Below, in pieces: positions 38,710 through 48,429 of a stretch of DNA of 64,000 bases. The translations under genes and the position numbers were made by a program. The notes under the pieces were generated by a model. The model was not told where the DNA came from and did no database searches. It was given only the letters and a program-made list of their open reading frames with translations. Position 1 is the stretch's first letter; every line of letters starts with the position of its first letter. Source of the stretch: Alphaproteobacteria bacterium (GTDB lineage Bacteria; Pseudomonadota; Alphaproteobacteria; SHVV01); the NCBI GenBank assembly GCA_965261735.1, contig OZ253470.1, forward strand, positions 4,064,001 through 4,128,000, given 5' to 3'.

Positions 38710-40437
38710 ATGCCGAGTACGCTTTCGGTCTATCGCCACGCCGTATCCGCGCGGCTGCCCTATTTCACTCTGATCGTCCTATTGGCTGGTGTGTCGACCC
38801 TGCTCGAGGGCGGTGCGCTGATACTCCTCATTCCACTCATCCAGCTCAGCATGTCGGGAACGTTTGGCGCCGACACGAACCTGGCCGTCCGGGTTTTCGT
38901 CGCCGTCCTCACGGAGTTCCGCGTCCCGCTGACGATTCCGGCTCTGCTCGCGGCGTTCGCCGGGTTCACGGTCACATCGGTGGTGCTGACCTGGGTCGCC
39001 AACACAGCCATCCATAGGCTGATCGCCGCCACCGATGCGCACATGCGACGGACGCTATTCTCGGCGACGATGGGCATGGACTGGCCGGCTCTCGCCCGCG
39101 AAAAGATCGGCGATCTCGTCAAGGCGCTCAACAGCGACCCGGTTCAGGCCGGGATCGGCTTGTTCAACCTGATGATGGCGACGACGGCGGCGATTTCAGG
39201 CCTCGTGTACATCATCCTCGCACTGCTGCTGTCTTGGCCTCTCGCGGCGCTCACCGGCGCCTTTGGGCTCATCGTCTACCCGGTCTATATCGCGCAGATC
39301 CGGCGCGGCCGAAGAGCCAGTACCGAGACCAGCAACATCGAGGCGCGGGTGATCGGCGACAGCACGGAATTACTGAGCAACGCCAAACTGTTGTTCAGTC
39401 AGGGCCTGCGAGACTTGGTGGCGCGGCGCTTCCACGAGCGCGTGGCGGCTTACCAGCGCTCCCGTTTCAGGCAGGACGTGCAGGTCGAGCATTCGCGCCT
39501 CGCCTTCGAGCTCATGGCCATTCTCTTCGTCGTCGGCTTCCTCTTCCTCGTGCTCAAGGTCTTCGACCTGCCGATCAGCACCGGGCTCGTCTTTCTCGCC
39601 GTGTTCTATCGTCTGGCGCCGAAGATGGTGACCCTTCAGGGCTGCCTCTTCCGCGCCAGCAACCACGGCGTATGGGTGCGCAACTGGATCGAGCGCACGG
39701 CCGCCTACGAGGCCGCGGCGGCACGGCCTTGGGGTACGCGCGACCCCGTCTTCGACACCGCTCTCGAGCTCAGGTCGGTGAGCTTCCGCTATCCCACGCG
39801 TCGCCTCCTCGCCGTCCACGAGGTAACCCTTCGTCTCGCGCCCGGCGAGGCCATTGCCATTGTCGGGCCGTCCGGCCATGGCAAGAGCACGCTCGTCGAT
39901 CTCGTGACAGGTCTGCTGGTGCCCGATACGGGGGAGCTACGGCTCGACGGCGTCGCGTTCCCCGACCTCGACATAGCGCGCTGGCAAGCAAACATCGGCC
40001 TCGTGCTCCAGGAAGCACCGATGTTCCACGGCACTGTGGGTGAAAACATCGCGCTCTTTAGCGATCGCCCGCTCGACATGCCGCGCGCCCGCGAGGCGGC
40101 GGCTCAGGCCGATGCCCTCGCCTTCGTCGACGCGCTGCCCGACGGTTTCGACACGGTCATCGGTGAGCGCGGCGTTCAACTCTCGGGCGGGCAGCGCCAG
40201 CGCATCGCCCTGGCGCGCGCCCTCTACCGCCGGCCGCGCCTGCTGATCCTCGACGAGGCGACGAGTGCGCTCGACGCCGATACCGCGCGCCGCGTCGTCG
40301 CCAGCCTGCGTGCCCTCAAGGGCGACACGGCTATCGTCGTTGCGAGCCATGACGAGACCTTGCTCGCGCTTGCCGATCGCAGGTATCGGATGCGGGCGGG
40401 GCAGCTCGTAGACATGGACGCCCTGGCTGCATCGTGA
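38710..40437 (+). CDS. ABC exporter (PglK/MsbA-like flippase)
   Basis: TM domain plus GPSGHGKS, LSGGQRQR, ILDEATS. Confidence 0.92.
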   Translation: MPSTLSVYRHAVSARLPYFTLIVLLAGVSTLLEGGALILLIPLIQLSMSGTFGADTNLAVRVFVAVLTEFRVPLTIPALLAAFAGFTVTSVVLTWVANTAIHRLIAATDAHMRRTLFSATMGMDWPALAREKIGDLVKALNSDPVQAGIGLFNLMMATTAAISGLVYIILALLLSWPLAALTGAFGLIVYPVYIAQIRRGRRASTETSNIEARVIGDSTELLSNAKLLFSQGLRDLVARRFHERVAAYQRSRFRQDVQVEHSRLAFELMAILFVVGFLFLVLKVFDLPISTGLVFLAVFYRLAPKMVTLQGCLFRASNHGVWVRNWIERTAAYEAAAARPWGTRDPVFDTALELRSVSFRYPTRRLLAVHEVTLRLAPGEAIAIVGPSGHGKSTLVDLVTGLLVPDTGELRLDGVAFPDLDIARWQANIGLVLQEAPMFHGTVGENIALFSDRPLDMPRAREAAAQADALAFVDALPDGFDTVIGERGVQLSGGQRQRIALARALYRRPRLLILDEATSALDADTARRVVASLRALKGDTAIVVASHDETLLALADRRYRMRAGQLVDMDALAAS

Positions 40438-41642
40438 GGGCGGCAGGGCTAGCGGGCCGCCTGCACTCGGGCCACGTTCTCGGCGCCGCGGCGTTCGCGT
40501 TCGTCCCCTTGGCGGTGATCTCGCCCAAGGGCGAGGTCGTGCTGCTGGCGCTGGCCGCGGTGCCGCTACTGGTGCATGCGGCGACGGCGCGCTCATTGAA
40601 GGCGACGCTGCGCACGCCGCTGGCCGCCATCCTTGCCGCGCTGCTGGCGTGGAGCCTGGCGAGCGCCGCCTGGTCGATCGCCCCACTCGAATCCCTAAAC
40701 CTGTGGAAATCGCTGGTGATGATCGCGCTCGCCGCTGTGATTTTCATCACCGCGGCCCGCGCGCTGTCGGCCGAGCGCGCGGGCGCCTTCGAGACGATGG
40801 CGCCGGCCGGCCTGTTTCTCGGTCTCGCGCTGCTCGCGCTCGAGCTCGTAGGCGACCTGGTTCTCAGCCGGGCGGTGCGCGGCCTCGCGTCGGGAGATCC
40901 AGCGCTTCTGCCGGCCATCCTCAATGCCGGTATCAGCGTCGCGGTTCTTTTTCTGTGGCCGGCGCTCCTGATGCTCTGGCGGCGTGGGTGGCGATGGGTT
41001 TGCCTCGCCACCGTACTCGCCACCGTGTCGGTGGTCCTGTCTGGCGAGAGTGCGGCGGCGCAGCTCGTTCTCGTCTTGAGCGGCCTCGTTTTCGCGGTCG
41101 TTCTGTGGGCTGGCTCGCGCGCGACCTGGGTCCTGGCCGTGGTGGTCGCTGTAGGCGTCGCTACGGTCCCCCTGCTGCCCCAAACCGTTCTTGCAACAGG
41201 GCGCGTGCTCGCGGCCTTTCCGGACCTCGGGGCGTCGGGCATCCATCGTCTCGTCGTTTGGGACTTCGCGGCACGGCGCATCGCGGAGCGGCCGCTGACG
41301 GGCTGGGGGTTGCACGCCTCACGGTTGGTGCCTGTGGGACCTGAGTTGCTCAGGGAGCACGCCGAGCTCATGCCCCTTCATCCTCACAGCGCGCCGCTCC
41401 AGGCCTGGCTCGAGCTCGGCTTCCCCGGCGCCGCCGCTTTCGCGGCGCTCGTCGTGTTGGCGCTGGCCGGCGCGGCCCGGCTCGACCGAGTCGCGCAGGC
41501 GACCGCGGCCGCAGTCACCGCCGCGGCGCTCGGGTTTGCGTCGCTGTCATTCGGGATGTGGCAAAATTGGTGGTTGGCCACCCTCGTGCTCGCGGCCGCC
41601 TTCACCGCTGCGGCGACTGTAAGTGATCGCGCCGCGCGCTGA
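40434..41642 (+). CDS. O-antigen ligase/Wzy_C family protein
   Basis: Multi-TM; HRLVVW, RPLTGWG, HPHSAPLQAWLELG. Confidence 0.88.
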   Translation: MRAAGLAGRLHSGHVLGAAAFAFVPLAVISPKGEVVLLALAAVPLLVHAATARSLKATLRTPLAAILAALLAWSLASAAWSIAPLESLNLWKSLVMIALAAVIFITAARALSAERAGAFETMAPAGLFLGLALLALELVGDLVLSRAVRGLASGDPALLPAILNAGISVAVLFLWPALLMLWRRGWRWVCLATVLATVSVVLSGESAAAQLVLVLSGLVFAVVLWAGSRATWVLAVVVAVGVATVPLLPQTVLATGRVLAAFPDLGASGIHRLVVWDFAARRIAERPLTGWGLHASRLVPVGPELLREHAELMPLHPHSAPLQAWLELGFPGAAAFAALVVLALAGAARLDRVAQATAAAVTAAALGFASLSFGMWQNWWLATLVLAAAFTAAATVSDRAAR

Positions 41643-41658
41643 TCCCCAGGGCCGACGG

Positions 41659-42822
41659 CTAGGCGTAGTTCGCGCCGTTCAGAGCCGTCCACACCAGATT
41701 GTCGAAATGGTGGACCGCGTGCTCGCTGCGCCACGAGTGCTCGGCATCGACCATCAGCCGCCCATGGCGAAAGCCGCGCGAGCGCAGGCCGCGCTGCACG
41801 CTCTCGACAACGCCGATGTCCTGCGGCTGCACGACGTCTCGGAAGTTGTCCATCATCGCGACGTCGAGCGCGCTCGGCGGGACGGTGAGGCAGAGGTTGT
41901 CGATGTGTTCCACCGTGTGCGCCGGCGAGTGCGGGATGACGTGAAAGACCTGGAAGTTACTGTCGCCCTGGTGGGCCATGAACATGGTATTGGGCCACAA
42001 CCACCAAAGATAGACGTCCTGGAGGACGTCGTCGGGCGTGAAATCGTAGGGCAGGTTTTCCTTCTTGCGCGAGATGACGTCGGCGTTGCCGCGCACGACA
42101 TGGGTCGAGTAGAACGCGTGTTCCGTGGTCTCGAAGCTCGGCTCCATATATGAGTCCGCGGTGCCCATGACCCCGGGATGGACGGGCGGGCAGTGGTAGC
42201 ACTCGACGTAGTTGTCGACGACGAGCTTCCAGTTGCCGCCGACCTTGAAGGGGTCGCGACGCGCGAGTTTCAGGTCGTCGAAGTGGGGCACGGCGTCGCG
42301 GAACTCCTCGACCAGGCCGTGCGCCTGCTCGCTGAGCGATGGTGCGTCGTTGTCGAGGTTGACGAACACCATGTGGGCGAGCGTCTCGACGCGGACCTCG
42401 CTGAGGCAAAAGTCGTTGGCGTCGAAGTTGGCCACGGCATCGGCGTTGGCGGCCGCCTTGAGGTTACCCTCGGTATCGAAGGACCAGGCATGGTAGGGGC
42501 AGGTGATCACGCGCTTTCGCCCTTTGCCGGTGACGAGCTCATGGCCACGATGGCTGCACACATTGTAGAAGCCGCGCAGCTCGCCCACTCGCCCGCGCAC
42601 GACGAACACGCCTTGGTCGAGGATGCGGGTCGCGATGTAGTCGCCGTGCTCGACAAGGTCGTCGAGGTAGCCCGCGAACTGCCAGGACTTGTAGAAGATC
42701 TCGTCCTTCTCGCGGGCGAACACGCCTTCGTCACTGTAGTAGTGGGCCGGCAGCGTTGCCGAGCTCTCGGCCTCCGCGCGGAAAGTGTCGGGACCTGACG
42801 AGAGAGAATCACGTGCCGGCAT
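41659..42822 (-). CDS. Rieske oxygenase alpha subunit (choline/carnitine monooxygenase-like)
   Basis: NVCSHRG..CPYHAW; NWK..DNYVECYHC..VH; QDIGVVESVQRG. Confidence 0.9.
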   Translation of the reverse strand: MPARDSLSSGPDTFRAEAESSATLPAHYYSDEGVFAREKDEIFYKSWQFAGYLDDLVEHGDYIATRILDQGVFVVRGRVGELRGFYNVCSHRGHELVTGKGRKRVITCPYHAWSFDTEGNLKAAANADAVANFDANDFCLSEVRVETLAHMVFVNLDNDAPSLSEQAHGLVEEFRDAVPHFDDLKLARRDPFKVGGNWKLVVDNYVECYHCPPVHPGVMGTADSYMEPSFETTEHAFYSTHVVRGNADVISRKKENLPYDFTPDDVLQDVYLWWLWPNTMFMAHQGDSNFQVFHVIPHSPAHTVEHIDNLCLTVPPSALDVAMMDNFRDVVQPQDIGVVESVQRGLRSRGFRHGRLMVDAEHSWRSEHAVHHFDNLVWTALNGANYA

Positions 42823-42905
42823 CGATGCGCCTCGTACGTTCGCCGGCCACCTCGGGTAGGCCGTATCGACCACCATGACTCACGACGGATGATGCGGTCA
42901 ACGCG

Positions 42906-43721
42906 CTAAAGCGTGGCTCCCGGCGCGGCCAGCGCGTGGGTGACGAGCTCGCGGGTCACGAAATCGAACGCATCGTCGACCGAGTCCGTGCGATAGACGA
43001 GGTTCAGGTCCTCGGCGTTGATGTGGCCGTACTTCACGAGGGCGTCGAACTTGACCACCTCGTCCCAGTACTCGGTGCCGAACAGCACGATCGGCAGGTG
43101 TTTGCGTATCTTTTGGGTCTGCAGGAGCGTGAGGAGTTCGAACAGCTCGTCCAACGTGCCGTACCCGCCGGGGAACACCAACACGGCCTTGGCCAGGTAG
43201 GAGAACCAGAACTTGCGCATGAAGAAGTAGTGGAAGTGAAAGCCGAGTTCGCGCGTGACGAAGTCGTTGCGAAACTCCTCGAACGCGATGGCGATGGTCA
43301 GGCCGACGCTAACCCCTTTGGCCTCCGAGGCGCCGCGGTTGGCGGCTTCCATGATGCCGGGTCCGCCGCCCGTGCACACGACAAAGCGCCGATATTCGGC
43401 GCCGAGCCCCTTGGACCACTCGGTGAGGCGGCGGGCGAGCTCGCGCGCCGCCTCGTAGTAGGCCGACATCTCAAGTCTCATGCGCGCCCGTTCCACGTCG
43501 CCGTCGCCCTTCGCCGCCGCGGCCACCTCAGCTTCCGCCTGGGTGCGCGACGCGATCCGCGCCGAGCCCATGAACACGATCGTGTCGTCCACCTTGTGAT
43601 GGGCGAAGCGGCTCAGCGGCTCCAGGTACTCCGACAGAATGCGCAAGGACCGCGCATCGCGGCTGTCGAGGAAATCGGGGTCCTTGTAGGCGTGCGTCGG
43701 CGGGCGTGGCTTACGGGACAT
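42906..43721 (-). CDS. LOG family protein
   Basis: TGGGPGIMEAANRGA, FFMRK, PGGYGTLDE. Confidence 0.93.
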   Translation of the reverse strand: MSRKPRPPTHAYKDPDFLDSRDARSLRILSEYLEPLSRFAHHKVDDTIVFMGSARIASRTQAEAEVAAAAKGDGDVERARMRLEMSAYYEAARELARRLTEWSKGLGAEYRRFVVCTGGGPGIMEAANRGASEAKGVSVGLTIAIAFEEFRNDFVTRELGFHFHYFFMRKFWFSYLAKAVLVFPGGYGTLDELFELLTLLQTQKIRKHLPIVLFGTEYWDEVVKFDALVKYGHINAEDLNLVYRTDSVDDAFDFVTRELVTHALAAPGATL

Positions 43722-43901
43722 GGGCGCTCCGTGTTTTGCGGACTGGGCTGGTTACACCGTATCCAGGCCCCGACGCGCAAGCCCAATGTTGATCGCGGCC
43801 GGCTTTTCTTCCTTTGCCCGCGACGGGTTTGGCGGGGGCGTGGCGTGTATAGGTGGAAAGCCTCCGACCGCCCGCGTGGCCCGATCAAGGAGACCGCCCC
43901 A

Positions 43902-44393
43902 ATGTTCGTTCCCAAGCAACTCGGCCTACAATCCGTGCTCGCCGTCGCCGTCGGCGCGCTCGTCGCCTTGAGCGCCGCCGAGGCGCTCGCACAAGCGGCC
44001 GGCGCGGCTGCTGCGCCTGCCGAGCGGCGTACGGCTCAGGCCCGGACCGATCACGCCGCGCGCCAGGCCGAGCGCTTTATGCAATTGTTCGATACCGACC
44101 GCGATGGCGCCGTCAGCGTCGAGGAGATTCTGGCCGAGCAGGGCCGCTTGTTCGTTGCCTCCGACGTCGACGGCGACGGCAAGCTCTCGACCGACGAGTT
44201 CCAGCGTCGCGGCCACTTGTTTCTCCGCCTCGGAAGCACCACCCTGTTCGATATGCTCGACGCCGATGGTAGCCGTGAGCTCACGAAGGAGGAGATCGAC
44301 GCGCCCTCGAGTCGCTGGTTTTCTCGTTACGACGCCGACGGCAATGGTACGATGAGCTCGGATGAGATTCGCGCCGGCCGAACGCGGCGGTGA
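43902..44393 (+). CDS. Secreted four-EF-hand protein
   Basis: AAGGAGA RBS; signal peptide ending ALA; loops DTDRDGAVSVEE, DVDGDGKLSTDE, DADGSRELTKEE, DADGNGTMSSDE. Confidence 0.88.
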   Translation: MFVPKQLGLQSVLAVAVGALVALSAAEALAQAAGAAAAPAERRTAQARTDHAARQAERFMQLFDTDRDGAVSVEEILAEQGRLFVASDVDGDGKLSTDEFQRRGHLFLRLGSTTLFDMLDADGSRELTKEEIDAPSSRWFSRYDADGNGTMSSDEIRAGRTRR

Positions 44394-44429
44394 GCCCAGG
44401 CCGCTTGGCGCGGGACGGGTTCGGGGCGC

Positions 44430-45032
44430 GTGCCCATGGGGTCATCGGAGGCGAACGACTGCGAGGACGCAAACGCTGACGATCTCGACGATGTTCTGGT
44501 CCGCCGTATCGCGCTCGGCGACGGCACGGCTTGGCCAGTGCTGTTGAAGCGGCATTTGTCGCCGGTTATGGGATACGCCTGGTACGTGCTGCAGGATCAC
44601 GCCGCCGCAGAGGACGTGGCGCAGGAGACCTTCGTGCGCTTGCTCGGCAAAGTCGATAGCTGGCGCGCGGGTGGCCCCAAGCTGAGGACGTGGCTGTATC
44701 GAGTCGCAATGAACCTGTGCATCGATCGCCGCCGGGCGCGGCGTGAAGTCGCGCTCGACGAAACGATCGCGCCGCCCGATTCCGTCACCGACGGCAGGTC
44801 GCTGGAGCGTCGTACGGAGTTGACGGCAAAGGTCGGGAGCGCCCTAGCGCGGTTGCCGGAACGCCAGGCGCTGGCGCTCACCCTGGTTCACTACCAGGGA
44901 TTCACCCAGGATGAGGCGGCCCGCGTGCTCGAGGTCAGCGTTGCCGCGCTCGAATCGCTCCTGGCGCGCGGCCGGCGTACACTAAGGCGCGAGCTCGCAC
45001 CGATTGCGGCCGACCTGCTGGAGGAAGGGTAA
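44430..45032 (+). CDS. ECF RNA polymerase sigma factor
   Basis: AEDVAQETF, TWLYRVAMNLCID, EAARVL..ESLLARGRR. Confidence 0.93.
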   Translation: MPMGSSEANDCEDANADDLDDVLVRRIALGDGTAWPVLLKRHLSPVMGYAWYVLQDHAAAEDVAQETFVRLLGKVDSWRAGGPKLRTWLYRVAMNLCIDRRRARREVALDETIAPPDSVTDGRSLERRTELTAKVGSALARLPERQALALTLVHYQGFTQDEAARVLEVSVAALESLLARGRRTLRRELAPIAADLLEEG

Positions 45033-45532
45033 TGGCGGACCAAAAACACTCGCGGGCGGGCGCCGAACGGGCCATGACCCGCGAGCGCCTCCAGGCGCTA
45101 CTCGAGGCCTATGGTGCCGCGCTGGACCGGTGGCCGTCCGCCGAGCGCGGCGCCGCCGAGGCGCTGCTGGCACGCTCCGAGAGCGCCCGTGCGGCAAAGG
45201 CCGAAACGGGCCGGCTCGACGAACTTCTCGATCGGCTTCAGCCTCCGGCGCCGTCGCCCGCGCTGGCCGCGCGACTGGTGGCCCTGCGCGTTGCGCGCGC
45301 GCCTCGGCCCGCGCCGATTGCCGCCCTTCCGGCCCTAATGCGGCGACCCAAGGCCGTCGCACAGCTGTCACGGCCCGCGCTGTTTGTCGCCGCTAGCCTC
45401 CTTGGGCTCGCGGTCGGAATCGCGATGACGGTGATCGATGCGCAAGCGCCGCGGGGGGCGGCCGTCGACGTCACCGATTTCGCAGTCGGATCGACATCGG
45501 TCCAGATGGTTGGATTGTGGGGAGACGACTGA
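45032..45532 (+). CDS. Putative single-TM anti-sigma factor
   Basis: Overlaps the sigma stop codon (TAATG); LLEAYGA..RWP..ER; one TM segment. Confidence 0.7.
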   Translation: MADQKHSRAGAERAMTRERLQALLEAYGAALDRWPSAERGAAEALLARSESARAAKAETGRLDELLDRLQPPAPSPALAARLVALRVARAPRPAPIAALPALMRRPKAVAQLSRPALFVAASLLGLAVGIAMTVIDAQAPRGAAVDVTDFAVGSTSVQMVGLWGDD

Positions 45533-46050
45533 TGGCGCTTCGAAGGCCGCACCAGTGGGCTCTCTGGCCGACCATGTCGGTTGCCCTCAACCTCTTTCTC
45601 GGTGGCGTACTGCTCGGCTACTGGCTGAGCAACGATCCGCCGCTCCAGGCATGGCCGCGCGGCGCGGGCATCGCCGCCCCCGGCTTTAGTGTGGCGGGAA
45701 TCCTCTTTGCCGTGCCCGAGGCCGCGCGCGAGGAGGCCGAGCGCATGTTGAGCGCCCGAGCGGGCGACATCGAGCGCGGTATCCGCTCGTTGCGGGAGGC
45801 ACAGGCCGGGGTTGTCGCGGCGATGGCACGCGAGCCTCACGATCCGGCGGGCGTGCAATCGGCCCTCCAGCAACTGCGGGCACGAAGCGGTGCTCTTCAG
45901 GCGGTCTTGCACCAGGCGCTCTCCGACATCGCCGGTGAGCTCGCCGGCGACGAGCGCGAACGGTTGGCGCGTGCGATCTTCGAGGGCGCCTTGCGTGGCA
46001 TCCCCTTGGCGTATCTCGAGTGGGCGCGCGCCGGCGGGCCTCTAACATGA
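45532..46050 (+). CDS. Periplasmic heavy-metal sensor-like protein (Spy/CpxP/ZraP fold)
   Basis: SVALNLFLGG anchor; helical body ending in L...ER. Confidence 0.72.
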   Translation: MALRRPHQWALWPTMSVALNLFLGGVLLGYWLSNDPPLQAWPRGAGIAAPGFSVAGILFAVPEAAREEAERMLSARAGDIERGIRSLREAQAGVVAAMAREPHDPAGVQSALQQLRARSGALQAVLHQALSDIAGELAGDERERLARAIFEGALRGIPLAYLEWARAGGPLT

Positions 46051-46060
46051 GCGAAGTCCG

Positions 46061-47683
46061 GTGAAGCGGACGGCCCTTTACGCGGCTGGCGCCGCCGCGC
46101 TCATCGTCGCCGGCGGCGTCCTGGTGTTCGCAGGCTCCGATGAGGAGGCGGTCACCTACCGCTTCGCCGTCGTGGAGCGCGGCGACATCGTGAGCGCCAT
46201 TTCGACGTCGGGCACCTTGGGCGCGCTCGTCACGGTCGAGGTCGGATCGCAGGTATCGGGCCAAGTTGCCGAATTGCACGCCGACTACAACACCGCGGTG
46301 AGCGAGGGGCAGCTGATCGCCCGCATCGATCCGCGAACCTTCGAGTCGCTCGTCCGCCAGGCCGAGGCCGAGCTCGCGATCGCGCGCGCCGGCCTCGCGG
46401 TTCAACGCGCCGCCCATGTCCGTGCCACGGCCGACGTCGCGAGCGCGGCAGCCTCGCTGCGTGTCGCCGGCGCCAACGCGGAGGATGCGCTGGCGACAAA
46501 AGCGGAGGCCGACCGCGAACTTCAAAGCAAGAGCGACCTGGTAAGTCGAGGTGTCGCCGCGACCCGCGACCTCGACAGGGCACGCGCCGATGCCGATGGC
46601 GCGGCCGCGAAGGTCCGCGCGGCCCAAGCCCAGATTGCCGTGCAAACGGCGGGCCTGCAGGCCGTTAAGGCAGCCGCCATGATGGCGGCGGCCCAGGTGG
46701 AGAACGCGCAAGCCCAGGTGCAGCATCGCAACGCGGCGCTCGATAAGGCCCGCGTCGATCTCGATCGCACCGCCATCCGCGCTCCGTTCGATGGCGTGGT
46801 GATCGACCGCGAGGTGAGCCTCGGCCAAACTGTGGCCGCGAGTCTCAACGCGCCGGTCCTGTTCACGATCGCCCAAGACCTGCGCCAGATGCAGGTTGAG
46901 GCCTCGGTCGACGAGGCCGACATCGGCCGTGTGCGCCCCGGCCAGCCGGTAAAATTCACCGTCGATGCCTATCCCGGCCGGAGCTTCGGCGGGCGCGTCG
47001 AGCAGGTGCGACAAAAGCCGCAGGTGGTGCAAAACGTCGTCACCTATACGGTGATTGTCTCCGCCGCCAATCCCGATTTCGCCCTACTTCCCGGCATGAC
47101 CGCCAACGTCGAGGTCGTCCTCGAGCGGCGTGCAGACGCGCTAAAGGTACCGAACGCGGCGCTCCGCTTTCGGCCGGCGAGCGAGCGATCGCCGGCCGGC
47201 GGGGAGGCCGTACAGGTGGCCGTCGCGGCGGCTCCCGCGGGGAGCGGCGGGCCCCTGGGGGCGCTGTCGGCACTCGACCTCGACGACGGCCAGCGTCGCC
47301 AAGTCCAGGCCTTGACCTCGGAGTTGCGCGAGCGCGCCCGATCGCTGCGCGCCGAGGGCGTGCCGGCGAGCGAAATCCGCGAGACGTTGCGGGGCGAGCG
47401 AGGGCAGCTGGTGGAGCGCCTGCGATCCATCCTCACGACCGATCAGTTCGCGCGCTTCGAGGCGGCGAACGCCGCCCGGAGGGGCGGCGAAGGGGTCTCG
47501 TCGGGGCGCGTGTGGACCGTGCAAGGCAACGGCGCGCCGGTCGCCGTGGCGATCCGCTACGGCGCGACCGATGGTAGTCATACCGAGATCGTGTCGGGGG
47601 AACTCGCGGCAGGCCAGCGCATCATCGTCGGCGCGAGCCGCCCGCCGGCGCAGCGCCGTGGACTTCCCGCGTTCCGGTTCTAG
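46061..47683 (+). CDS. MacA-like periplasmic adaptor
   Basis: VEVGSQVSG, GQTVAASL, VDEADIG, LPGMTA. Confidence 0.92.
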   Translation: MKRTALYAAGAAALIVAGGVLVFAGSDEEAVTYRFAVVERGDIVSAISTSGTLGALVTVEVGSQVSGQVAELHADYNTAVSEGQLIARIDPRTFESLVRQAEAELAIARAGLAVQRAAHVRATADVASAAASLRVAGANAEDALATKAEADRELQSKSDLVSRGVAATRDLDRARADADGAAAKVRAAQAQIAVQTAGLQAVKAAAMMAAAQVENAQAQVQHRNAALDKARVDLDRTAIRAPFDGVVIDREVSLGQTVAASLNAPVLFTIAQDLRQMQVEASVDEADIGRVRPGQPVKFTVDAYPGRSFGGRVEQVRQKPQVVQNVVTYTVIVSAANPDFALLPGMTANVEVVLERRADALKVPNAALRFRPASERSPAGGEAVQVAVAAAPAGSGGPLGALSALDLDDGQRRQVQALTSELRERARSLRAEGVPASEIRETLRGERGQLVERLRSILTTDQFARFEAANAARRGGEGVSSGRVWTVQGNGAPVAVAIRYGATDGSHTEIVSGELAAGQRIIVGASRPPAQRRGLPAFRF

Positions 47684-47685
47684 GT

Positions 47686-48429
47686 ATGGCCGAACCGCTC
47701 ATCAGGACACTCGGCCTGGCGCGTGACTACAAGCTCGGGGACACCGTCGTTCGTGCCCTCGATGACGTTTCTATCGACGTCGAGCGCGGTGACTTCGTAG
47801 CGGTCATGGGCCCCTCGGGCTCCGGCAAATCGACCTTCATGAACCTCATCGGCTGCCTCGACCGCCCGACCGCGGGCCGCTACGTCCTCGACTCGGACGA
47901 TACCTCGACGCTGGAAGCCGCCGCGCTCGCCGCCATCCGCAACCGCAAGCTCGGCTTCGTCTTTCAGTCCTTCAACCTGTTGCCGCGTACCAGCGCGCTG
48001 GAGAACGTGGCTCTGCCGCTCACGTACGCCGGTACGCCCACCGCGTTGCGCCGCACCCGCGCCATCTCCAAGCTCGAGGCCGTCGGGCTTGGCACGCGCG
48101 TGCAGCACCAGCCCTCGCAGCTCTCGGGCGGCGAACAGCAACGAGTTGCCATAGCTCGCGCCCTCGTCAACGAACCTCTGCTGGTGCTCGCCGACGAGCC
48201 GACGGGCGCCCTCGACACGCAGACCGGAACCGAAATCATGAACCTGCTCGCGGAACTGAACGTGGGCGGCATCACGGTCATCGTCGTCACCCACGAGGCC
48301 TCTGTCGCGGCCCACGCGCGGCGCGTCATTCACTTCCGCGACGGCCGTGTGGTCGCCGACGAGGCGGCCGGCGGAACTGGGGCCGCGCGCGATGGCGCCT
48401 ACCCTGCATCGGTAGGGGTAGCCCGGTGA
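47686..48429 (+). CDS. MacB-type ABC ATPase
   Basis: [26 protein letters not shown]. Confidence 0.94.
   Translation: MAEPLIRTLGLARDYKLGDTVVRALDDVSIDVERGDFVAVMGPSGSGKSTFMNLIGCLDRPTAGRYVLDSDDTSTLEAAALAAIRNRKLGFVFQSFNLLPRTSALENVALPLTYAGTPTALRRTRAISKLEAVGLGTRVQHQPSQLSGGEQQRVAIARALVNEPLLVLADEPTGALDTQTGTEIMNLLAELNVGGITVIVVTHEASVAAHARRVIHFRDGRVVADEAAGGTGAARDGAYPASVGVAR

Noticed and set aside
43902-44393. Lanmodulin call for the EF-hand protein
   Set aside because: The loops lack the Pro at position 2 typical of lanmodulin, and no xoxF or lanthanide-uptake genes are nearby
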